In this document: piece after piece, positions 27,101 to 38,000 of the stretch
Numbering within the stretch: the first letter of the stretch is position 1
How the letters are laid out: the number at the start of each line of letters is the position of its first letter
Assembly (NCBI GenBank): GCA_965603825.1
Contig: CBFDEM010000021.1
Span: 868,001 to 932,000, forward strand
Reading direction: 5' to 3'
Length of the DNA: 64,000 nucleotides
From: Blepharisma stoltei ATCC 30299
Lineage: Eukaryota > Protista > Ciliophora
The notes under the pieces: generated by a model
Told to the model about the DNA's origin: nothing
Seen by the model: the letters and a program-made list of their open reading frames with translations, nothing else
Database searches by the model: none
Made by a program: the position numbers and the translations under genes

Positions 27101-29249
27101 ACCGGCAATTAAAACTGGGGTTGCTACTCTATGCGGATGATATAGTGCTACTCGCACATAAAAAGAAAGAATTACAGGCACTCTGCGACATATGCGATCA
27201 ATGAGCAAAGTACTACTCGCTAAAGATTAACCAAAGTAAGTCGGTCGTGGTAGATTACTCGAGTAGAGCCGGAGATCTGCATATAGGAGTAAACGGACAG
27301 AGGCTAAAGCAAGAGAAACAGTTTAAATACTTGGGCAAAATAATAGCAAGGGGAAAACATAACAAAGCAGACTCGAAGAAAACCACGGAGAAGACCAAAG
27401 CAGCATGTAGATCGACTAAAGCGATGCTGACAATGATGAAAAACATAAAGGCAACAAAAAAGGCCATCATAGCAAGAGCGTGTATAGATCCAACAGCATT
27501 GTACGCGAAGGAATGTAGCCAGCAAAACTGAGATGATATTGCGATGAAGGTAGCTGAAAATGAGAGGATGGGAGTAGCAAGAGCTATACTGGTAGCACCA
27601 AGAGGTACAGCGAGAGAAACAGCAGGGCTAGACCTTGGATGAATCAGTTTAAAGAACCAAATGAGAATGCGCACCCTGTTCTTTAGAAAGAAAATGCTGG
27701 AAGCAGAGGACCAGCTCACAAAGGTGATAATGAAAATCAATAAGCACAATGCACTGGCCTGAGAAAAACGATGCAAAGTTTATATGAATAATTTGGGAAT
27801 TGAGGAATATGACAACAAGCAGATTAAGAGGACAGAAGCGAAACAGTGAAAACGAATACTAGAAGAAGCTGTAAAGAGATGTAACCTAAAGGAAATGGTG
27901 CAGAGACTGGAAGCCGAGACGTACAAAACAACGGACCTCTACAGATGGACGTTTGAGGGAGCCAAGGCTACATACACTCCAGCGTATGTTCGGCTCAACT
28001 TCAATATGCACATGGCAATTGGTGCTATGCACAGTATGAGAGCAGGGTTTAACAGCAGCAATAGCTGTGCACACAAGAGACATCTGACCAAGACGCATTG
28101 TGTAATAATTGCAAGGTGGTGGAAACTGAGAAGCACATGCTAGTGCAATGCCCAATGTATGTGACGAAGAGAACAGAGCTAAAAAATAGCATAAATAAAG
28201 TGTTACAGGATGCACTGATAATGGATGTATCATTGTATGATGACCCGTTGCAAGGTCTGGTAATGCAGGTTGCACAGGTACGAGAAAAGCTAGGAAAAGG
28301 TGTACACATAATAGACAAAAATGAGGCACGGGTTAAGCAAGCATTGAGCGCCAGTGAGAATCATCTAGAGTGGCAAATGCTAGAACATGAAGATTTGCCT
28401 ATTCAAGGCATGCAACTACAAGGCATGCCATATTGTGGGGCGATTATGGACGGGGATACAAATGCAACAGCTGAGATGCTAGTGCAAGACACGCACATAA
28501 TTGACAAAAAAGAGGCACTTAGCGACAGTGGCACACAAGGGAATCATATGGAGTGACGGATGCCACAACATGAAGATTTTCTTATGCAGGACATGCAATT
28601 ACAAGACATGCCATATTGTGGGGCGATTATGGACGAAAATATTGAAGAAATTATGGCGTCTGCAGGTACTGATGCTACACTTGGAACACAACTACAGCCG
28701 GTGCAAGCACATGCTGCACATGATATACAGGTGGCACATGATATGCAAGATGCACATGCACACACAAATGCAGCACCTGAAATGTTAATACAAGATGCAC
28801 ACATATCTGATGAGGAAGAGGCACGGATGAAGCAAGCATTGAATGACAGCGCTATACAAGGGAATCGTCTAGAATGGCCGATGCTACAACAGGAAGATTT
28901 GCTCATACAGGACATGCAACTACAGGACATGCCATATTATGGAGCGCCGATGAGTGAAAATACACAAGCTACGCATGAAGTTGAAATGCAGGACGGTTGG
29001 CAGTGAAACTATAACAAAATAGAAGCAATGGATTTACTGATGTGTACGTGAAGATATGAAATGATAATAGACAACTGAAGTAGGGAAGGGAAGCATGAAG
29101 TGGCGTTGGAGGTGGATCGACTAGTTAAGAAATTCCATGCAGCGACACTGAAGGAAAGAGCGGTGAAGCATCTTGAAGAATCAGGAAGGAAAGATGAAGT
29201 GGAATTAAGACAGAGAAAGATTACCTACTGATTTAAAAATGATCCATAA
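24110..29249 (+). pseudogene. LINE polyprotein (~1,710 aa): gag-like zinc knuckle + AP endonuclease + reverse transcriptase + C-terminal zinc knuckle + repeat tail; two -1 frameshifts
   Basis: With TGA=Trp: CGICKQIGHNDEGH; HLNIRS, ISETH, GDFNAH, SDHLPV (APE); KATGPDG, YRPITLL, QAGF, GVRQG..SSP, YADD, FKYLG (RT); CNNC...ETEKH....C. Frameshifts at ~24310 and ~28095; stop TAA at 29247-29249. Confidence 0.9.
28305..28965 (+). repeat. Three imperfect ~50-55 aa Met/Gln-rich coding repeats in the LINE C-terminus
   Basis: HI.D..EA...N..EW.M...ED...Q.MQLQ.MPY.GA.M occurs three times. Confidence 0.9.
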
Positions 29250-29281
29250 GGATCGTTGGGCGGTTAATTGCCGCTAGATAA

Positions 29282-29282
<1 letters not shown>

Positions 29283-29313
<31 letters not shown>
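29283..29313 (+). repeat. (ATTG)7 microsatellite 3' tail of the LINE
   Basis: Read directly from the sequence; overlaps the first bases of the right TSD. Confidence 0.95.
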
Positions 29314-29326
29314 AAGGTGTCTAAAC
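29309..29326 (+). repeat. Right target-site duplication of the LINE (18 bp)
   Basis: TGATTAAGGTGTCTAAAC, identical to 24079-24096. Confidence 0.95.
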
Positions 29327-30403
29327 CACGCTCCTAATAAAGGGACAAAGGTTTTACAATAAGGCTTTTTAATTTCATATAAAATTTTATTAGCTATCAA
29401 AAGCTAAGAGTAAGACACTATTTGTCGAATGTTGAATAAAAAATAGTGCAAATCGTTTATTAGCATAAGAAAATTGTTTAACTTCGCTGTCAAACGAATC
29501 TTGTAAAAAATATTTGCTTATCAAACAACTATAATCTGTCTTATAAGAAGATTAAAAGATGAAAGTTCAAGATAAAGCTATTTATTAAGAAATAAAAAAA
29601 AATAGCATATGGAGGTCAGCCTTGAAATTCAATTATATGAGGGAAAAAATTACCTTTTTAAAAGATATAATTTTAAAATATAATAATCGATATAAATTTA
29701 AATAGAATCCTGCTTATATATTGATAGATATTTTTTATTCTCGCATTTCTTTTCGAAGAAACTAAGATAATATTACGTTAAAATAATGAGTTAATAAAAT
29801 TTAACTAAAAAATTCAATTTTGTTATTATATTTAATTTAAAAATCAAAATATTTTCTAAAAATTTAGGAACAGCTTGAATTTCTGCTCTATTTATAGATT
29901 TTTTGAGCTTCAGCCAGAGCTGATTTGTCATTAAAGATCTTTTTTGATTTCAGCGTGACATTAATAATTATTAGTAAAAGCATTTTGATAAATAAATCTA
30001 TTTGATATTTAAGCTGATTGTAATATTTTTATTTATAAGTCAAAATATTAAGAAATGAGATTAGCGCAGTAAGTTGCACAATTACAACTAATAACTTGAG
30101 TGTTAGTCAGCTCCCTGCTGATATTAAGGTATCGTTCAAGCAAGCCTAGCCTGCAACGCAAGAGTTTAGAGTCCAACTTGAGGTATCAATCACTGTTGCA
30201 TCACCTAGAGTCACTTCAATAGTACCTTTAGTCAGAGTCGAAACAAGGGGATGAGCAAAATCAAGTTCAATATTTGGACTAGAGAAACTGAGCTGATACC
30301 CAACAGAATCAACTCTACAAGTCAACCCATCTTGAACAATTAAGTTAGCACACTTAAAACAATCAGGAGTTGTTGTGCAAGATCTGGCAGGAGTCAGTAC
30401 AAG

Positions 30404-30418
30404 CTAAATAAAAATTAC
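30404..30418 (-). other. 15-nt spliceosomal intron
   Basis: GTAATTTTTATTTAG at the conserved family position. Confidence 0.8.
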
Positions 30419-30921
30419 CAACGCATGATGTCGCTCCAGCTTGATCATAGAGGAAATACCCTGAATTGCATTGAGTGCATACTGTAGAAGATGTTCATTT
30501 AGCACAGTTTTGCAGGGGAGTTAGCATTGCAAAAAGTTGAAGGATCTTTGATGGTTGTTCCACAAGCTTGACATCCAGTTGAATCGCAAGAAGTGCAGGC
30601 AGCTGCTAAGCTTAAGCATTTTTGAGTAGGATGGCACCAGGAATCTGAGCAGGTCCCTGTACAAGTCCCATCGATGTTTTTTTATTTTGTCCGAGAAATC
30701 AAATGCAATAATTGAGTTAAAAGGAGTCCAGATACTAGCTGAACTGAACCAAATAAGTTCATACAAAATGAGCTTTAACACCAAAACCAAAGCCAACAGC
30801 CCCACCAGTTGGAGAATAATAATCACCATTACGGCTGTTTGTTATTGAATCCTGCCCAAACATAATAATCATAGTGTTCATGTCATTCCAAAACATCACA
30901 ATAAAAATCCAGGAGTCTAAA

Positions 30922-31392
30922 TATACCTCTCGCAGATGAGAAGCAGCATTATTTACTAATTAAGATAAGCTTAGGAAAGTGTTAAGATAAGATGGCCTTA
31001 TGATTTCAGTTTTAACAAATAGAAAAGTATTTAAGGATCAACAGCTGCCCTTTATAAACTGTTCCAGCTAGAAATGAACTTCTAGTTAGTGCATTTTCCA
31101 ACTAGAACATTGTTGAAAGTAGAGCTATCTAGCGTTAAAACCTTTTTTTCAAGTGCCACTGAAAGAAAATGCTGGGCGAGCGATGCAAAACCTGCCCGAA
31201 CACAATTTCCTATTGCTTTAGACTCAATTTTCTTCTCTTTTTGGTTTCTGACAGCAGCAAACTCCTCAACTCTTAACAAGCCTAGAAGAGAAAGGGTAAT
31301 CGTCAATTTATTTGAGTGTTTAAATTTTAGATAAATATTTTTTTTATGGCTGTGGCTAGATTTATATGGCAAATACTTACAGAATAAGTATA
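30922..31392. mobile_element. TA-bounded IES-like insertion (469 bp plus one TA)
   Basis: CTAAA-TA-[insert]-TA-AAAATTAC. Excision leaving one TA restores the exact 15-nt intron. Both ends read TATAC inward. Confidence 0.8.
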
Positions 31393-33489
31393 AAAATTAC
31401 TTCTTGGAACATTAAAAGAGAATGATTTGCTCTTTGTACTGCCACTACCGTCTATATAATCAAAATCTAAAGTACCTTCAGTTGTTGATTTTCCTATATA
31501 AGAATTAGAATTGAAAGCAGAGTTTCCAATTTTCATTACTTCTGTGCTAAGGGTTGATTAAGAGATGCATAATTGCCACAAGGTGTGAAGTTTATGAGTC
31601 ATCTCCACGAGAAGTTGTTCATATGGACTGATGAGCAACTAAAAGCTGGTTCCACATCTGAATTGGCTTGAGCAGGGCTTGTGTTAGCAAAATGAGTGCT
31701 ATCTTGTTTTACCTTGACATCTGAGCTAGAGTAAAAAGGTTTGGTAAAAATAAGGTCAAAGCATGGGGTGAAAGTATCTGATTTGACCATAGAGGAAAGC
31801 AAAAGGACGAGGAAAGTATTCAGTGATAGGGAATAAACCATTTATAAGAGAAAAAAATTTATTAAATTTATGCACATTTTTCCTAATAAAGTTTTTTGCG
31901 AATCATAAGGAAAATTAAAATTTTTGACCTTCTTAAATTTTAAAACTTATTTTAATTTAATAAAATACTACATTCAATAAATACCCAATTAAAATATCTA
32001 CTTCTCTGATTTTCTAAATTTTTTCTAAAGTTAATAAACAAAAAAATATCGAAGCGAAAAAAAAAATTTCTCTAGAGACTTTAAACATTTTTCTTAATCT
32101 AATACTTAAATATCTCTCTTTTACTAAGAATAGACAGATATTAAAGTAAACCTCATATCTATCTAATAAAAAGATAGGGCTGCTGAAAATTTAAGATTTC
32201 AAAACCTTATTCAATTCCTTAAAAAATGCAAAAAATTGAAGCTCAAGATAAAGTGAAATCATTTATTTTGGAAAAGGGATCCAGCTTATCAATCTAAAAA
32301 ACGAAAATTCTAGATTTTTGAAGCTTACATGAAAACCAATTATTATTTCAAACAAATATCGATTTTGAAATAGAGATGAATAAATATGAAAGGCAAAAAG
32401 GACTTTCTTTGCAAAAATTATTCAACAAAGAATAAATAAAACGCGAATTAGGATCAGAGGGTAAATATATATTTAACTTCTATTCTTTAATATTCCCCAG
32501 AATTTTATTGCACATTTTAAAAAATATAGAGGAGCTTTTACTTGGAAAATAGAAAAATGCGAAAGCAGCTTGCTATTTTTTCAATTTCCCCTATATTAAA
32601 TTCATAAGCAAACAGCTAATTTTATTTTAGATTTATAAAAAATTATTTGTTGAATATTGGATAAAATTTATTAAAAATGTTTAGCTAAATCCTTGAAAAA
32701 TATTCACTTATCAGATAAGTGCTGATAAATTTATATGAGGATTAAGCATGCGACTTAATTAAGAAATAAGAAGAAATAGGCCTCTATGATCAATCTTGAA
32801 ATCCATTTTTTGCCTGCAGATTTTGATAGAGATTAAGTATTAAAATTTTAATTTATTTGATTTAATAGAATTGAGCAATTTAAAGCATGCAATTCATGAC
32901 AAAATCAAATATTCTGTCGAAAAAGAGAAGAAAATTTCCTTAGTTTCTACGAAATAAAATGCGAGAATAAACAATGCATATAATTTATAAGCAGGACTCT
33001 ATCTAGATTTATATTAATTTATGATATTTTAAAATTTTTTTCCCTTTTATTTCCTTTAAAAAGGAATTTTTACTTTCATATAAATCTAGCGCCAATAAAT
33101 TGAATGTCAAATTTGGTCTTCAGAGACCTATTTCTTCTTATTTCTAGGTAAAAAGCTATATATTTAGTTTTATTTCTTCCAAGCCTTTTTAGCATTGAGT
33201 TCACGTTTAGCCAAGCCTAACTAATCTCATTTTTTTAATATTTCGGATTATAAACTAAATCTATTTCATTTTAAATATTTATAGTTCTTAATATATAGGT
33301 TTAAATAATTAAATAAATTCATTATAAAACGTATTTGTAATAAGCTTTTATATCACGCTGTAATCTTTTACCTTTAGCTTCAGCAGCTATGCTGCCACAG
33401 GAATTATCGATCCCCAGCATTTCTTCCGGTTTCTACCACAGATTCTCCTCAGTTTTTCCAAGTTCTCTTTATTTTCCCTTCAACTTTTG

Positions 33490-34382
33490 TTGAATTTGTC
33501 TCAATTGGCTTTAGTATTTCATATTTGAGCTCAATTTAGGAAAATTCAGCAATTACTGACTCTAGAATTAACATATATTAAAAAACTCGAAATGGGGTGC
33601 TTTTAGCTGTGCGTGAATTTATAATGCTTTGGATTTTTATGTGAATTTTTCGTTTAGATGAAAAATCAAAGTTTGTAGACTTTGTAAACTGGCTTGGGGA
33701 TTTTTTGATGCCGATTTTAGGATACTTGGGCTTTATTCCTTTTATTTCAATTTGTCTTAATATTTTTGTGTGCGATAAGCCAATAGGAAATAGCTTTGCA
33801 GATAGTTTTTATCATATGACTGCTGTTATTTTTACTGAATAAAAATGAGTATTTAGCATATGCAATTTTATCAATTTTTGCTTTATTGTGTTATAAGCCA
33901 CTTGCCTTTTTTAGGCTGGTTTAGCTGATGCTCCATGTAAAAGCTGCTCCTTCTTTTTAATGATAAAGACAATAGTCCAAGTGTCTTTAATTGTGATGAA
34001 TAAAACAGTAAGACGAGCCCAAAAATTATTCATGGAGTTTATTTATTTTTTTTTATGGATTTTTATATTACTTTTCTTTTCACCTTAAGCCTTACAGCTA
34101 TTCAAAGTTCAATTTGTGGTAAAATTTAAGTTTAATGGGCGTTGTATGGCAAGCAATTCTATCTACAATTGCATTAGGCGCAAAAGGAATTCCATAATTT
34201 CAACAGTGTTTTTGTTTAGTGGATGGTTTATTATTATATTATTTGAATTGTATTGTACATCCAAAGAAAAAAGTATCCAAATTTATTATACAGAAAAAGC
34301 TTCATGATACAACAAGTTTATTTAAATTTGCTTTACATTTGGTAAGACCTCTCATAAAGCGTTGACTAAAATAGCTCCATAA
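33490..34382 (+). pseudogene. Degenerate 3' (TM-domain) fragment of an R2/R3-type receptor
   Basis: Remnants of MPILG...FIPFISIC, HVKAAP, KPY and FKFAF, with many indels. Confidence 0.8.
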
Positions 34383-35099
34383 GCAGCTCGTCAGAGCGCC
34401 AAAAAATAAATAATGGAAATCGTTAAAAAGAAATTAATATATGAAAGTAAAAAGGTCAAACTGTAAAGGTTAAGCAGATTTTAAAATTCACAACAAAACT
34501 TATGGTAAAACTTTTTTTATAATTCAGAATATTCCCAGAAAGATGCTTCAATGATGCTATTATGCAGCTAAATCTTGAGATTAGTTAGCCTTGCTTAAAC
34601 ACTTTGATTTGAGGATAAAATTATAATTTTAAGAAGATTAATTACTCTTGCTTAAACGATTCACTGATTTCAGCTGAAAACTTGCACTCAAGCTATTAAC
34701 TGTAATAGTGAAGCTCCAGCACTCCCAACACAAGAGTTTAGAGTCTAGGCAAAGGTAGGTTTAACTTTAAAAATACAATCGGCTGATATAAATATAATTA
34801 AAAATATAAAAATTACATTTCTTTTTTAGAAATACAGAATTTTTTTATTATCGTGAAAAATATTAAAAAGCATCTCTTTTAAATCTATTTATTAAATAAA
34901 ATTATTAATCGATATTTTATTCTTAAGATTGTTTTTTATTTATAGCGGATTTTACTTTACTTCTTTCATTGGCAAGATGCTCTAATTAATCATAATTTTA
35001 GCTGGTCAGTTTTCGACAAAAAGCGCTCAGATTGCTTCACAAATAATTATTTTTATTCTTATTCAATTTTAGTTTAACAAGAAATTAATTAAAAAAACA

Positions 35100-38000
35100 A
35101 TGCCACTGGTGCTAAAACAGAAATCTTTTATGAAACTATTCTATTTAGCGTGATTTATTAATCTTGCAGTTTCCATAGAAGTCATTATTATTCAAGATAG
35201 CGACGACAAAAAAGACTTTTTATGAGATGCCACAACTATAACCTCTTTTCTTCAGAATTCTGCTCCTCAAATCGACTGGCATATTTGCCAACACATATCA
35301 GCCTACCAATGTATAGATTCATATCCAAACGCTTATATACTGCTTGACCTATCCCAAGACCTAAGCACCCAGCTTACAATATCTCAGCTCTGCCAAGAGT
35401 CAAAAAGAGTGCACTTAGTTATCCAAGACGAGTTCAAATACTTCGACGATAGGACTTATTCAGTCATTTCCTCCAAAAATCACAGATTTAATGCTTTCTT
35501 TGCAGTCCTAAATTATTATAGCTGAAGCAAAGGGACAGTTTTTACGACTTGGGAAGACGAAGAAAGGTTTTTGAATTTTACCTCAAATTTTGAATTAATG
35601 ATTATTGAATCGTGAACTGACATGGAGAATTTAATAATGAGGGTTGTGCCTCCTTTGGGATCGACTCTTTATTATATTTTCACACAAAATAATGAATCCC
35701 TTTCTATACAAAATTACTTAGAAAGTGCACATTTATTAACGGAAGGAAGTGGGATTATTTTTAATCAAAAAAGTGGGTATAAGTGTAAAACGGAAGGTGC
35801 TTTAATTGTCACTGAGGAAGGACAAGAAAATGTCGATTCTGAAGAAAAATATTTGGAAAATTCTATTATGAAATTTCTAAATGCTATAATAAACACTCAG
35901 AATTATCTTGAGGCAATTACAATATTGAGCAGTAACTGGAAATCTCATTATGGGCAAGATGCATTTTCGCTTGTCAATGTGCAGGCTGGAAAAAGAATTA
36001 CAATTGGATCTGTTATTAATGGGCAAGTTATAATCCGTAATAGCACAATTTTCCCGGGGGAAACTACATCGATCCCAAAATCCAACAAAAAAATCCTAAA
36101 CCTCAGCATTGAAGCAGGAATTACAAATCCAAATTATTCTCCTTCTACAATAGGATCTGTAGCAGCTAGAGGAGCTTACTTAGCAATAGACTATATAAAC
36201 GCAGGCACCTCTGGAATGCTACCAAATTATCAAATTGACATGTTTAACTATGACTGTGGGGTGACTATTTATAATGCAACCTATGCTAAAGCTTGCTTTA
36301 AAAAAGACTTTGATAGCTTTGGCCTAGCCCACATTGTATCATATGCATCCTCAATGGCTCTCGGGGTGTTAAAATTATTCAAGTCTTTAAACTGGACTAT
36401 TCCAATTATCGGGATTAATTCAGATCCTTCTTTTAATTCTTCAACCCTTTACCCATTTTATCAAAGGGTTTGGCCTTCAACTTCATTTACTCTCCCTTTA
36501 ATCCCTGTTTTATTAAGATCTCTTGGCTGGGAAAAAGCAGCTGTCCTCTATCAAAATGATAGCTGGGGGCAGGGTGGGTACTATTACTTAAAAGTCGGAG
36601 CAAATACACACGATATGCTTTTTGTGAATCCTGACGAGACAAGAGCGATTCCTACAGGACTTGACAGGGCAACAATAAAAAATCACTTAGATATTATACA
36701 AGGAGTTATCAATTCAGACGCAAGGCTAGTCATTTTTATTATTCAGGTTCCATTAGTGCAATATGTAATCGAAACTTTCTATGACTTAGGCCTAAGAAGG
36801 GGCGATATATTAATATTTACAGCTGTTCCAGATATTTTGACTAATATTTTGACAAGTGACGACTACCTTTATAAAAGGCTGGAAATCGGAGTCCCTATGA
36901 TGACTTTTTTTGGGGAGCAATGAGTTGGGGAATTTGGCCAAGGCGCCTATACCAAGATTGTGAAGCAGTATAATGCCACTCCAAGCTCATTTGCCTGCCA
37001 TTATTTTGACATAATTTATTTAATAGGCCATGCTCTTGATTTTATGATTAACCGTGGGCAAGATTATACAAATCCTTATAAGCTGGAAAGTGTTATCAGA
37101 AATACACAGTTTACAGGGTGCTCTGGGCGCGTGATAATCGAAAAAGGAACCAATGATAGAATTACATCAGTCTTAAACGTCCAAGCAGATAAATTTGATA
37201 TAAGTGGAAACGTAATTCCTTATTTTATAGGAGTGCTAAAGCCTTTTAGCACACAAATTTTGCATATTACTAACCCACTTGTCTATCCTGGTGGGACTAC
37301 TACAAAGCCAACAGACCTAAGAAACCAAAATAGTGACTGTCCTTTTCCTGACGATAAAGTAAAAACCTTCATTAAGGGGAAAATCCTGATTTTTGGCATT
37401 TGTTTTGCAATAGCCTTGGTATCAATGATAATAACATTTGTTATATGAAAAAGATGATGGAATATCCCTATAGAAGAGCTCAAAGAAAAACAAGAAATTT
37501 CTTTCCCAGACTTGATTGTAGCTATTACAATCGCGATCGAGTTTTTCCAATATGCGTCGATGGGGCCTAATATCTCATATTTAAGCTCAGTTATGAATAA
37601 TTTCAGCAATTCTCTGACTTTGGAGCTAACAAACATCATAAAGCTCAAAAATGGTGTCTTTTGGATAATTGTTGATGCTGTATATGGGTTAATCCTCCTA
37701 TGAATTTCTATGTGTGCAGTTGTTCTTTTCCGCTTAGATGAAAAATATTCCCATTTTTCTATTTTTCGGTTTGTAGCTTGGCTTGCTGATTATATGATGC
37801 CGATTTTAGGAAATTTGTGCTTCATTCCGTTTATTTCGATTTGTCTTGATATTTTTGTATGTGATCAGTCAATCGGAGATAATTTTACTGATAGCTTTCT
37901 ATCATTTGACTGTTATTATTTTTGCTGAAAAGATGAGCATTTAGTATATGCAATTTTGTCATTTTTCGCTTTATTGTGCTATGAGCCGCTAGCAGTATTT

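Larger units (their letters stand above)
24097..29308 (+). mobile_element. Full-length non-LTR (LINE-like) retrotransposon, ~5.2 kb
   Basis: Flanked by a perfect 18-bp TSD; (ATTG)7 3' tail; purine-rich with higher GC; encodes APE and RT. Confidence 0.95.
30064..31841 (-). pseudogene. Cys-rich family copy C6 with an IES-like insertion in intron 1 and an inverted 3' end
   Basis: ATG at 31841; deletion near 31560; insertion 30922-31392; frameshifts near 30680 and 30520; intron 30404-30418; last ~87 bp inverted. Confidence 0.85.

Noticed and set aside
24271-28930. Minus-strand and alternative-frame ORFs over the LINE, and similar antisense ORFs over the receptors
   Set aside because: Shadow frames of the real coding strand with no motifs
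28305-29313. Repeats as a CRISPR array or telomeric repeat
   Set aside because: Repeats are long, degenerate and coding; the ATTG run is the retroelement tail inside a TSD; no cas genes
480-34750. Numerous 3'-end fragments of the Cys-rich gene as LINE-made processed retrocopies
   Set aside because: Copies that span intron positions retain the introns and long shared genomic 3' flanks; no tails or TSDs
1-35000. Claim that all junctions in the shuffled zone are TA-bounded excision products
   Set aside because: Several junctions use other microhomologies (GC at 30064/30150, AG near 10098), and TA is frequent by chance in AT-rich DNA; only the intron-1 TA cases are well supported
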